64,000 nt of DNA from a virus. Its lineage: Duplodnaviria; Caudoviricetes. The stretch's first letter is position 1. Each line of letters begins with the position of its first letter. The stretch covers positions 16,957 to 80,956 of the IMG/VR virus record IMGVR_UViG_3300028667_000050; one strand, 5' to 3'. Positions 50,310-59,467 of the stretch are shown here, one piece after another. The position numbers were made by a program, and so were the translations under genes. The notes under the pieces were generated by a model that ran no database searches, had not been told where the DNA came from, and saw only the letters and a list, made by a program, of their open reading frames with translations.

Positions 50310-50504
50310 GGGGAAAAAGCAGGTGCAATCTATCGTTGAAAGATAGATGTCTTTTGCACCTATCGTTGATAGTTCGAAAAACGGAGAAAAACGGAGGTAG
50401 GGGGAGTAAAATCTCCACAACCGTGGGTCAGTCGACCGGACATGGGGTCACACGCGAAAAAATTGAAATTCAAAGGGGGTATTAACCCCGGGGAGGTGAT
50501 GACA

Positions 50505-51038
50505 GTGGCGAAAGATGGAACGCGGCGCGGCGGCAAGCGCATCGGGGCAGGCAGAAAGCCGAAAGCCCTGAACGATAAAGTAAACGCTGGCGCGGAGGCC
50601 AACGTCATCAGCTTTCCTGGCGCGGACGAGATGGTCGGCGTGGAGATGCCACCGGTCAAGGAGTACCTAAAAGCGGAGCAAAGAAACGGCAGCAGCCTGC
50701 AGGCCGAGGCCGTGTTCAAGGAAACCTGGGACTGGCTGGTGAAACGGAACTGCGCGTCAATCATCAATCCGCAGTTGGTCAGTCAGTATGCGATGAGCGC
50801 GGCTCGCTGGATCCAGTGCGAGGATGCCATTTCCAAGATGGGCCTTCTCGCCAAGCATCCAACCACCGGTGCGCCGATTGCCAGCCCGTTCGTGAGTATG
50901 AGTCAGAACTACATGCGGCAGGTCAATCAGCTGTGGTATCAGATATTCCAGGTTGTGAAGGAAAACAGCCTGTCGGCGTTTGAAGGCGCGAATCCACATG
51001 ACGATATGATGGAACGGCTGCTGCGGTCGAAAAAATAA
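50505..51038 (+). CDS. terS: Terminase small subunit, P27 family
   Basis: AKDGTRRGG.R.GAGRK, WIQCE, GLLAKHPTTG.PI.SPF. Confidence 0.88.
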   Translation: MAKDGTRRGGKRIGAGRKPKALNDKVNAGAEANVISFPGADEMVGVEMPPVKEYLKAEQRNGSSLQAEAVFKETWDWLVKRNCASIINPQLVSQYAMSAARWIQCEDAISKMGLLAKHPTTGAPIASPFVSMSQNYMRQVNQLWYQIFQVVKENSLSAFEGANPHDDMMERLLRSKK

Positions 51039-51050
51039 GAGGGGAAGGAA

Positions 51051-52319
51051 GTGTGCTGCTTGGGAAAGTGTACAACGAAGATGGAGATGGTGCCGCTGGA
51101 AAAGCTGGTGCCGTATGTGAATAACGCCCGGACGCACAGCCCGGAGCAGGTGAACAAGCTGAGGTCGAGCCTCAGGGAGTTCGGCTTTGTGAATCCGGTC
51201 ATCATTGATAAGGATTACAGTATCATTGCCGGACATGGCCGGGTGATGGCAGCCCGGGAAGAAAATATGGATGCGGTGCCCTGTGTGTTGGTGGATTATT
51301 TGACGGATGCCCAGAAAAAAGCCTATATTCTGGCAGACAATCGTCTGGCGATGGACGCGGGCTGGGATGAGGAACTGCTCCGTATGGAGATCGAAGCCCT
51401 GCAGGGAGAAGATTTCGATATATCCCTTACCGGCTTTGATGAAAAGGAACTGTCGGATTTATTCGGGACTGATGACGGCGCTGGGCGGGAGGATGGATTC
51501 GATGTAGAAGAGGAACTGCAAAAGCCATGCTTCTCGAAGTCCGGAGACCTCTGGCATCTGGGCCGGCATACAGTGATCTGCGGCGATTCCACTTTGACGG
51601 AAACCTATCAACGGCTGTTGGCAGGGGCGCAGGTAAATCTGGTCTGCACCGACCCACCGTATCTCGTAAACCTCGAGAGCACATCCGGGAAAATCAAGAA
51701 CGATGATCTCAGTGATGAGGAAGGCTATACATTCCTTAAAGGGGCATTCTCGTGCATGCATGACAGCATGGCGAAGGATGCCTCTATTTATGTGTTTTAC
51801 GCGACCAGCAAGGCCCGCGTATTCCATGACGCTTATGAGGATGCGGGCTTCAAGGTCGGCGCCGGTCTGGTCTGGAAGAAGAACCGACTGGTGCTCACCC
51901 GGACAGACTGGAAATACATCCATGAGCCAATCATCTGGGGCTGGCGCAAGGACGGCAAGCATAAGTGGTATGGAGATCAGAAGCAGATCACTGTATTCGA
52001 GTTTGACCGCATCAAAGATTCAAAAAAGGATGGTTGCGGGCATCCTTCCAGCAAGCCAGTGCCGCTGCTGGCCTATCTTATTAAGCAGTGTACGCAGACC
52101 AACGGCCTGGTGCTGGATGGTTTCTTGGGATCGGCATCGACCTTGGTTGCTTGTGAGCAGCTGGGCCGGATTTGTTATGGCATCGAGCTGGAGCCGAAAT
52201 TCATCGATGTAGCGGTGAAACGCTATATCGAACTGAAGGGGGCTGCCAGTGATGTATATGTAGAACGTGACGGCGGGAAAATCGCCTATGACGATGTGCC
52301 GAAACCAGAGGAGGACTGA
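51051..52319 (+). CDS. ParB-N + N6/N4 DNA methyltransferase
   Basis: PYVNNARTHS, AGHGR, ADNRLA, TDPPY, HPSSKP, DGFLGSAST. Confidence 0.92.
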   Translation: MCCLGKCTTKMEMVPLEKLVPYVNNARTHSPEQVNKLRSSLREFGFVNPVIIDKDYSIIAGHGRVMAAREENMDAVPCVLVDYLTDAQKKAYILADNRLAMDAGWDEELLRMEIEALQGEDFDISLTGFDEKELSDLFGTDDGAGREDGFDVEEELQKPCFSKSGDLWHLGRHTVICGDSTLTETYQRLLAGAQVNLVCTDPPYLVNLESTSGKIKNDDLSDEEGYTFLKGAFSCMHDSMAKDASIYVFYATSKARVFHDAYEDAGFKVGAGLVWKKNRLVLTRTDWKYIHEPIIWGWRKDGKHKWYGDQKQITVFEFDRIKDSKKDGCGHPSSKPVPLLAYLIKQCTQTNGLVLDGFLGSASTLVACEQLGRICYGIELEPKFIDVAVKRYIELKGAASDVYVERDGGKIAYDDVPKPEED

Positions 52320-52322
52320 AAG

Positions 52323-52871
52323 ATGCATGTATTTATCAATCCCGGCCATGACCTGGAACGGGACAGCGGGGCGGTGAATCCAACCTCGGGCTTGCGCGAG
52401 TGTGATGTAGCCGCAGACATCGGCGGCCTGGTCAAGGGCTACCTTGAAGCGGCGGGCTGCGAGGTGCGGATGCTGCAGAGCGACAACCTTGCCGGAGAGA
52501 CACCGGACCTGCCCTGCGTAGTGGATACAGCCAATGGCTGGCCCGCCGATGTTTTCGTTTCGCTGCATTGCAATGCAGCGAATGGCTATGCCCGGGGAAC
52601 CGAAACGCTGGTCTATGCAAATGACGGTGAATCTGCGCGGCTTGCGGCCTGCATCCAGTCGCAGATTGTGGACAGCCTTGGCACCATCGACCGTGGCATC
52701 AAGGAACGTCCCATGCTGATTGTGCTCAACAGCACGGCTATGCCAGCAGTCTTGGTGGAGATGGCTTTTGTGGATAACAATGAGGATGCACAGATTTTGA
52801 CGGAACGAGCGGATGAAATGGCTCGGGCCATCGCCCGCGGCATCACGGATTTTGAAGGGAGAAATGCATGA
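52323..52871 (+). CDS. N-acetylmuramoyl-L-alanine amidase (Amidase_3)
   Basis: INPGH, E.DV, FVSLHCNA, AVLVEMAFVDN. Confidence 0.92.
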   Translation: MHVFINPGHDLERDSGAVNPTSGLRECDVAADIGGLVKGYLEAAGCEVRMLQSDNLAGETPDLPCVVDTANGWPADVFVSLHCNAANGYARGTETLVYANDGESARLAACIQSQIVDSLGTIDRGIKERPMLIVLNSTAMPAVLVEMAFVDNNEDAQILTERADEMARAIARGITDFEGRNA

Positions 52872-53149
52872 TGGATATTGAGAAAATCAAGAACGAACTG
52901 AAGGACCATGTCGTAGATGCGGTAAGAGAGGACGCGAAGAACGCCACTCTGGTGTGGCTCAAGGACAAGGTCCTGCCTGCAGCCAAGGAAGTCGCGGAAA
53001 CCTACACGGCGGCACTGCGTGAATCGGCTGGCAATGAAACGGGCTGGAACAAGTTCCGTGACACCGTGTTCCTGCCGACGCTGCTCGACGGGGCTTTCTG
53101 GCTGTTTGACAAGGCGCTTGCCAAGATGCTTATGCAAGCGGAGGGATGA
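52868..53149 (+). CDS. Hypothetical amphipathic protein coupled to the amidase
   Basis: ATGA overlap; 93 aa. Confidence 0.7.
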   Translation: MMDIEKIKNELKDHVVDAVREDAKNATLVWLKDKVLPAAKEVAETYTAALRESAGNETGWNKFRDTVFLPTLLDGAFWLFDKALAKMLMQAEG

Positions 53150-53152
53150 GTT

Positions 53153-54250
53153 ATGAGCCGGATTGCTGTAATAGATGCCGATCTGATTGGTCGAAAAAAG
53201 CATCGTTTCCCTAATCTGGCCTGTATGAAGCTGTCAGGTTATCATAAGCTGCGGGGAGATACGGTTGTTCTCAAAACGGATTATGATGACCTGGAGACTT
53301 TCGATCAGGTGTATTTGGTGAAGGTTTTCACCGATACGCCTGTCCCGAAGGCTCTGTTGCATTTGGATAATGTGCAATGTGGAGGAACAGGCTTTTACTA
53401 CGATAAAGCTCCGCCTTTGCCTGCTGCAATAGAGCATCATCGGCCAGATTATCACTTATATGATTCTTGGGTTGCTGATTCGTTTAGATCTGGCGGCAAA
53501 GAAAAAGATTATACCTATTATCGCGACTATTCGATTGGCTTTTTGACACGGGGCTGTTTTCGGAAATGCAGTTTTTGTGTCAATCAGAACTATGATCGTG
53601 TGGAAAGGCACAGTCCTTTGATTGAGTTTTTGGATGTTGCTCGGAAGAAAATCTGTTTGCTCGATGATAACTTCTTTGGTCAGCCGGATTGGAAGGAAAT
53701 GCTCATTGAGTTACGACAAACAAAAAAGCCCTTTCAATTTAAGCAAGGGTTGGATGAGCGCTTGTTGGATGAAGATAAATGTGAACTGTTATTTTCCAGC
53801 AAGTATGAAGGTGACTATATCTTCGCCTTTGATCATTGGGCTGATCACGAGCTTATCGAGCAGAAAATACAGTTAGCACATCATTACACTAAAGCGGTTT
53901 TGAAGTTTTATTGCTTTTGCGGCTTTGATCGCAAGGAAAAATGGGATACGAACTTCTGGGTGAAGGACATTTTTGAGCTGTTCTATCGAATCAAGCTGTT
54001 GATGCGAAATCAATGTTTGCCCTATATCATGCGTTTTGAAAAATATAAAGAGAGCCCCTTTCGAGGAGTGTACATATCTATCGCCCGTTGGTGTAATCAG
54101 CCCAGCTTTTTTAAGAAGAAAAGCTTGCGAGAGTTTGCCCAACTCAACGGAGAAAAAAGTGCCTGTTATCGGTATTTGCAGCAATTTGAGCTGCAATATC
54201 CGACAGCAGGCTATTTTTATGACTTAAAATATGAGAATCCGTTGGGATAA
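53153..54250 (+). CDS. Phage-type radical SAM protein
   Basis: TRGCFRKCSFC (CxxxCxxC); N-terminal FPNLACMKLS. Confidence 0.85.
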   Translation: MSRIAVIDADLIGRKKHRFPNLACMKLSGYHKLRGDTVVLKTDYDDLETFDQVYLVKVFTDTPVPKALLHLDNVQCGGTGFYYDKAPPLPAAIEHHRPDYHLYDSWVADSFRSGGKEKDYTYYRDYSIGFLTRGCFRKCSFCVNQNYDRVERHSPLIEFLDVARKKICLLDDNFFGQPDWKEMLIELRQTKKPFQFKQGLDERLLDEDKCELLFSSKYEGDYIFAFDHWADHELIEQKIQLAHHYTKAVLKFYCFCGFDRKEKWDTNFWVKDIFELFYRIKLLMRNQCLPYIMRFEKYKESPFRGVYISIARWCNQPSFFKKKSLREFAQLNGEKSACYRYLQQFELQYPTAGYFYDLKYENPLG

Positions 54251-54264
54251 ATCTACAGAAAATC

Positions 54265-54296
54265 CTTGCTATATATAGCGTTCAGAGTGATATATG
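54265..54296 (+). promoter_or_regulatory. Conserved promoter-like motif, copy 2
   Basis: cttgctatatatagcgttcagagtgatatatg. Confidence 0.6.
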
Positions 54297-54333
54297 AACA
54301 TGGGCAAAAGAAAACATGAAAGGGGATTTTACC

Positions 54334-55047
54334 ATGAAGATTATGTATCACGCAGAGGGAACGAACCGCAAGGCACTGGCGGATGCCATCAGCCGGATTA
54401 CCGGAGTCAGAAAAGTGTACAAGGGGATTCCAAGCTACGCCTACGAAATCGACTGCTTCACCGTCAACCGCGAGGGCAATCTCAGCTTCGATGACCGGAC
54501 AGACAGCGAGGCGGTCGAGAACCTTATCAAAAAGCTGGACGAGATGGGCTTTCATGCCGAACCCGCCGAGGAGCCGCAGGTGATGGAAGAAGCTCAGCCG
54601 GTTGCCGCAGAACCCAACCAGCCGGCAGCCGAAGGCATCACGGTTTCCCTGCCGAGGGAGGGATTCACGGAAAACGCGCTCGAGAACCTCCAGAAGCTGG
54701 TGGCATCCAAGGCCAGCCTGATTCAGAAGGTTTTCAACCGGAGCAACCTGCCCATCGCCATTCAGGAAACGCGGATTGCCTTCCCCTGGATGAACGGCGG
54801 GGAGGACGCGGACACATTACAGGCGCGGACGGCCTTCATCGCGGCGCTGGGCAAAGCGGCGAAAGCGCAGAAGCGTGTCACTGCCAAAGAGAAGCCGGTG
54901 GAGAACGAGAAATACACCTTCCGGTGTTTTCTCCTGCGGCTCGGCTTCATCGGCAAGGACTACGCGAAAGATCGGAAAATCCTGCTGGCGAACCTTAGCG
55001 GCTCGGCGGCGTTCAAGGGAGGTGCGAAACATGCGGTTTCCGAATAA
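54334..55047 (+). CDS. Conserved hypothetical protein (often labelled virulence-related)
   Basis: RKALA.AI, Y.G.PSYAYEI, ENEKYTFRCFLLRLGFIG. Confidence 0.8.
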   Translation: MKIMYHAEGTNRKALADAISRITGVRKVYKGIPSYAYEIDCFTVNREGNLSFDDRTDSEAVENLIKKLDEMGFHAEPAEEPQVMEEAQPVAAEPNQPAAEGITVSLPREGFTENALENLQKLVASKASLIQKVFNRSNLPIAIQETRIAFPWMNGGEDADTLQARTAFIAALGKAAKAQKRVTAKEKPVENEKYTFRCFLLRLGFIGKDYAKDRKILLANLSGSAAFKGGAKHAVSE

Positions 55048-55255
55048 GGAGCAGATTGAACTGCTCCGCAAGAAATATCCGACGGGGACCCGGGTGGAAC
55101 TCCTGCAGATGGAGGATATGCAGGCACCGCCGAGGGGCACCAAAGGAACCGTGTATGGGGTCGACGATACCGGCTCCCTGCTGGTCCATTGGGATAACGG
55201 CTCGGGACTCAACGTCATTTATGGTGTGGACAGCTGCCGCGTTGTTCAAAAATGA
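55031..55255 (+). CDS. DUF4314-like protein
   Basis: YPTGTRVELLQMED.QAPP.GT.GTV.GVDDTGS..V.WDNGSGL. Confidence 0.88.
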   Translation: MRFPNKEQIELLRKKYPTGTRVELLQMEDMQAPPRGTKGTVYGVDDTGSLLVHWDNGSGLNVIYGVDSCRVVQK

Positions 55256-55267
55256 GGAGGACTACGG

Positions 55268-55441
55268 ATGGACGAGAAGATAAAGGAACAGATCCTGCGG
55301 ATTCGCGAGACGGGCATCACCAATATGTTCGACCTCCAGCGGGTCAAATGCCTGGCCTGCGAACTGGATTATGACGAACTGGTCGCGTTCATTGAGCGCG
55401 AACCCGCGCAGTACGTGCATTTCATCCTTACCGGAAAGTAA
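55268..55441 (+). CDS. DUF5049-like small protein (57 aa)
   Basis: Manual translation MDEKIKEQILRIRETGITNMFD...YVHFILTGK*. Confidence 0.8.
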   Translation: MDEKIKEQILRIRETGITNMFDLQRVKCLACELDYDELVAFIEREPAQYVHFILTGK

Positions 55442-55470
55442 AAAATCTTGTGTATATCTGCCGCAAATCG

Positions 55471-55503
55471 CTTGCTATATATGTGCTTTAGAGTGATATA
55501 TGT
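55471..55503 (+). promoter_or_regulatory. Conserved promoter-like motif, copy 3
   Basis: cttgctatatatgtgctttagagtgatatatgt. Confidence 0.6.
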
Positions 55504-55550
55504 ACATACCAAAAGGACAAACACAGCAAGCGAAAGCGAGGATGAAGGAA

Positions 55551-56510
55551 ATGAAAGAAGCAACGGCAAGGCAGATTGAGAGCATGAAGGCACAGACGAT
55601 TGGGGTAGAGGTCGAGATGTACGGCATTAGCCGCAGAGCAGCCGCCAGCACGGCAGCCGAGTACTTCGGCACCAGCCGCTTCGAGGACACGGACCCGCGC
55701 AACGGATACCGCGCATGGAGCGCATGGGACGCACAGGGGCGCGAATGGAAATTCCAGCGCGACGTCAGCATCGATGCCGCGAACGAAAGCCAGCAGTGCG
55801 AACTGGTAACGCCCATCCTGCATTACGAGGACATCGAACTTCTGCAGGGGCTGCTGCGGAGCCTGCGCCATGCGGGGGCAAAAAGCAACCCCGGCCACAT
55901 GTGCGGGGTGCACATCCACATCGGTGCGGCGGGGCATACAGCCAAGACCCTCCGCAACCTTGCAAACCTCATGGCTGGCCATGAAAGCCTGCTGATTGCC
56001 GCGATGCGCCTTGACCATGGCCGCATCAGCCGCTACTGCCGCACGGTCGACCAGCGTTTCCTTGAAGCCCTCAACAAGAAGAAGCCCGCCGAGATGAACC
56101 AGCTTGCCGACCTTTGGTATGGGATGCAGGGCTTTGCCAGCCAGCGCCATGCACACTACAACGGAAGCCGCTACCACATGCTGAACCTCCACGCCACCTT
56201 TACGAAAGGAACGGTCGAATTCCGGTGCTTCCAGTTTGCGAACCCCAGCGAGGAGCGCAAAGGCGGCATCCACGCAGGAGAAATCAAAAGCTACATCCAG
56301 CTTTGCCTTGCACTGAGCCAGCAGGCCAAAGACCTCAAGAGCGCCAGCCCTAAAGAGCCGCAGCGCGAGAATCCCAAATTCGCGATGCGCACATGGCTCC
56401 TTCGGATGGGATTCATTGGCGAAGAATTCACGACCGCGAGGGACATTCTCACCAAGAACCTCGAGGGCGATGCCGCTTTCCGCTTCGGCAGGAGCATCCC
56501 TACGGCCTGA
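55551..56510 (+). CDS. Putative amidoligase (COOH-NH2 ligase type 2)
   Basis: TIGVEVEM, WKFQRDVSI, ELVTPIL, CGVHIHIG, RY..LN, TVEFRCF. Confidence 0.9.
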   Translation: MKEATARQIESMKAQTIGVEVEMYGISRRAAASTAAEYFGTSRFEDTDPRNGYRAWSAWDAQGREWKFQRDVSIDAANESQQCELVTPILHYEDIELLQGLLRSLRHAGAKSNPGHMCGVHIHIGAAGHTAKTLRNLANLMAGHESLLIAAMRLDHGRISRYCRTVDQRFLEALNKKKPAEMNQLADLWYGMQGFASQRHAHYNGSRYHMLNLHATFTKGTVEFRCFQFANPSEERKGGIHAGEIKSYIQLCLALSQQAKDLKSASPKEPQRENPKFAMRTWLLRMGFIGEEFTTARDILTKNLEGDAAFRFGRSIPTA

Positions 56511-56597
56511 AAACAGGCCAGGCCCAAGGCCCGCTTCGGCGGGCTTAAGGCAGTAGAAGGGATGTTCCTTCGGAAGCAGAAAGCGAGGGCGAAAACA

Positions 56598-57059
56598 ATG
56601 AAGAAGAAAATCTACGCGGCCTACGGCAGCAACATGGACTTGGCGCAGATGGCGCATCGCTGCCCAAAGGCAGAGCTTATGGGCAGAGGGACAATGAAGG
56701 ATTGGCGGCTGCTGTTCAAAGGCTCACAGACTGGTTCTTATGCGACCATCGAGCGCAAGGAGGGATACACGGTTCCGGTGCTGCTCTGGCAAATCTCAAA
56801 GGCCGATGAGGGCAGGCTGGATATCTATGAGGGCTTTCCTGATTTTTATTACAAACAGACGGTCGAAGTCGAAACCGAGCACGACCAGGAAAAGGGCATG
56901 GCCTACATCATGCACGAGGAACGGCATCTTGGCACCCCAACGGACAGATACTATGATGTGCTGGAACGGGCCTATAAGGCGTTTGGTTTTGACCTGCAAA
57001 TCCTGCGGGATGCCTATGCAATCAGCCGGGATGGCAACACATTGAGTACGCGGGCATAA
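56598..57059 (+). CDS. Gamma-glutamylcyclotransferase (AIG2-like)
   Basis: YAAYGSNM...MA.RCP, LDIYEG.P.FY. Confidence 0.9.
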   Translation: MKKKIYAAYGSNMDLAQMAHRCPKAELMGRGTMKDWRLLFKGSQTGSYATIERKEGYTVPVLLWQISKADEGRLDIYEGFPDFYYKQTVEVETEHDQEKGMAYIMHEERHLGTPTDRYYDVLERAYKAFGFDLQILRDAYAISRDGNTLSTRA

Positions 57060-57080
57060 CGGTTAAAGAAACATTTTTTT

Positions 57081-57108
57081 CGAAGGAGCCGATTGGCTCC
57101 TTTTTTGA
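57081..57108 (+). terminator. Intrinsic terminator
   Basis: aaggagcc-gatt-ggctcc-TTTTTT. Confidence 0.75.
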
Positions 57109-57128
57109 TACACATGGGGGATTTAGGC

Positions 57129-57620
57129 ATGGAACTACTAACGAAGAAAGGTGAAAAATTTTATATTGATGAGGTAGATTATGCGTTGGTATGCCAATAT
57201 GTCTGGTATCTTTCCGCACGTGGTTATATAACGACTACACTTCAAAGAAATGGACGAAAAAATCCTTGTCAATTAAATTTGCATCGATTATTAATTCCAA
57301 CAGATGGCAGCGTGGATATCGATCATATTAATGGCAATAAACTGGACAATAGGCGGTCGAATCTTCGTGTTTGTACACATTGGGAAAATAGCTGCAATCA
57401 AAGAAAACGATGCACGAATACGACTGGTTTTACAGGTGTATCTTACTTGAAATGTGCAAAAAAATATGAGGCATATATCTGGAGCCATTGCAAGAAGATT
57501 CATCTGGGGCTGTTTGATAATCCAATTCAAGCCGCTAAGGTACGGGATCAAGCGGCTTTGAAATATCATGGAGAATTTGCTCATTTGAACTTTGGGGGAT
57601 ATTGCTATGCCAATGCGTAA
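57129..57620 (+). CDS. HNH endonuclease with AP2 domain (free-standing homing endonuclease)
   Basis: LHRLL, IDHINGNKLDNRRSNLR, TTGFTGV, HLGLF...AAK.RD.AA..YHGEFA.LN. Confidence 0.9.
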   Translation: MELLTKKGEKFYIDEVDYALVCQYVWYLSARGYITTTLQRNGRKNPCQLNLHRLLIPTDGSVDIDHINGNKLDNRRSNLRVCTHWENSCNQRKRCTNTTGFTGVSYLKCAKKYEAYIWSHCKKIHLGLFDNPIQAAKVRDQAALKYHGEFAHLNFGGYCYANA

Positions 57621-59217
57621 GTTGGAAAATTATAAACCGACTCGTTTTATGGCAAAGACATCGCATTATGATAAAGCAGCGGCTGATTATGCGGTGGGAT
57701 TCATAGAATGTCTTTGCCACACCAAGGGGAAATGGGCAGGAAAAGCTTTTGAGTTGATTGACTGGCAAGAGCGCATTGTGCGAGACCTATTTGGTGTATT
57801 AAAAGAAAATGGGTATCGGCAGTTCAATTCTGCTTATATAGAGCTGGGAAAGAAAAATGGAAAGTCTGAACTTGCAGCGGCGGTAGCACTTCTGCTTTGT
57901 TGCGGGGATGGAGAACAGCGGGCTGAAATATATGGATGTGCCGCTGATCGCCAACAAGCCAGTATAGTTTTTGATGTAGCAGCAGATATGGTGCGGATGT
58001 GTCCAGCACTGAGCAAGCGAGTGAAAATACTTGCATCACAAAAAAGGTTGATTTATATCCCTACCAACAGTTTTTATCAGGTACTGTCCTCGGAAGCATA
58101 TTCCAAACATGGTTTTAATATCCATGGAGTTGTAATTGACGAAATTCATGCTTTGCCCGATCGAAAGCTTTATGATGTTATGGTTCGTGGATCTGGTGAT
58201 GCAAGAATGCAACCGTTATTTTTCCAGATTACGACGGCGGGAACAGACACACATTCGATTTGTTATGAGGTCCATTCTAAGGCAAAGGACATATTGGAAG
58301 GTAAAAAGTTTGACGCTACTTTCTATCCAGTTATTTATGGAGCAGATGCAGATGACGATTGGACAGATCCAGAAGTATGGAAAAAAGCAAATCCATCCCT
58401 AGGGATAACCATTGGAATCGATAAAGTAGAAAATGCCTGTGAATCAGCAAGACAGAATCCTGCAGAAGAAAATGCTTTTAGGCAATTAAGATTATCTCAA
58501 TGGGTCAAGCAGGCTATCCGCTGGATGCCAATGGAGAAATGGGATGCCTGCAAATTCCCAGTCATCCCCGAGACACTCAAAGGCCGTGTATGCTATGGCG
58601 GACTGGATTTATCCTCTACCACTGATATCACGGCCCTTGTGTTGGTATTTCCACCGGAAGACGGAGAAAATGGGAAATATGAAGTACTGCCATATTTCTG
58701 GATTCCCGAGGACAACATTGACCTGCGTGTCCGGCGTGATCACGTTCCCTATGATGTGTGGCATCAGCTGGGTTTCCTAGAAACGACCGAGGGCAATGTC
58801 GTGCATTATGGATACATCGAGAAGTTCATTGAAAAGTTGGGTGAGACCTACCATATTCGGGAGATTGCCTTTGACCGTTGGGGCGCTGTGCAGATGGTGC
58901 AGAATCTTGAGGGGATGGGCTTTACCGTGGTGCCTTTCGGCCAGGGCTTCAAGGATATGAACCCGCCGACTAAGGAACTGATGAAGCTTACCCTGGAAAA
59001 GCGCATGGCGCACGGCGGACACCCCGTCCTGCGCTGGATGATGGATAACATTTTCATCAAATCCGACCCGGCCGGCAACATCAAGCCGGACAAAGAAAAA
59101 TCCACAGAGAAGATTGACGGTGTCGTAGCCACGATAATGGCACTCGACCGAGCAATTCGCTGTGGAAATGAGAATGGGGAAAGTGTTTATGATGGACGCG
59201 GAATTTTGTTGATATAA
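57607..59217 (+). CDS. terL: Terminase large subunit (second copy)
   Basis: ELGKKNGKS, VIDEIH, GLDLSSTTD, KIDGVVA. Confidence 0.95.
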   Translation: MPMRKLENYKPTRFMAKTSHYDKAAADYAVGFIECLCHTKGKWAGKAFELIDWQERIVRDLFGVLKENGYRQFNSAYIELGKKNGKSELAAAVALLLCCGDGEQRAEIYGCAADRQQASIVFDVAADMVRMCPALSKRVKILASQKRLIYIPTNSFYQVLSSEAYSKHGFNIHGVVIDEIHALPDRKLYDVMVRGSGDARMQPLFFQITTAGTDTHSICYEVHSKAKDILEGKKFDATFYPVIYGADADDDWTDPEVWKKANPSLGITIGIDKVENACESARQNPAEENAFRQLRLSQWVKQAIRWMPMEKWDACKFPVIPETLKGRVCYGGLDLSSTTDITALVLVFPPEDGENGKYEVLPYFWIPEDNIDLRVRRDHVPYDVWHQLGFLETTEGNVVHYGYIEKFIEKLGETYHIREIAFDRWGAVQMVQNLEGMGFTVVPFGQGFKDMNPPTKELMKLTLEKRMAHGGHPVLRWMMDNIFIKSDPAGNIKPDKEKSTEKIDGVVATIMALDRAIRCGNENGESVYDGRGILLI

Positions 59218-59294
59218 AAAGCAGGAAATAATAATGATATGTTGAATAACGAATTATATAAAGGATATTAAGGAAAATCTATAGGGGGATTTAT

Positions 59295-59393
59295 GGTGTT
59301 GTAGTCACGATAATGGCATTGGACCGGGCATTTCGCTGTGGAAATGAGAATGAAAAGTGTGTATGATGGACGCAGATTTTTGGCGATATAAAA
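59295..59393 (+). repeat. Degenerate direct repeat of the terL 3' end
   Basis: Matches 59119-59220 (acgataatggca, cgctgtggaaatgagaatg, tatgatggacgc, gatataaaa). Confidence 0.85.
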
Positions 59394-59467
59394 TATTGCG
59401 ATATCGGAAGGAAACTATAATTATTTGCTGAATAAGGATATAACGGATTATTGGTAGGTGAAACTTA

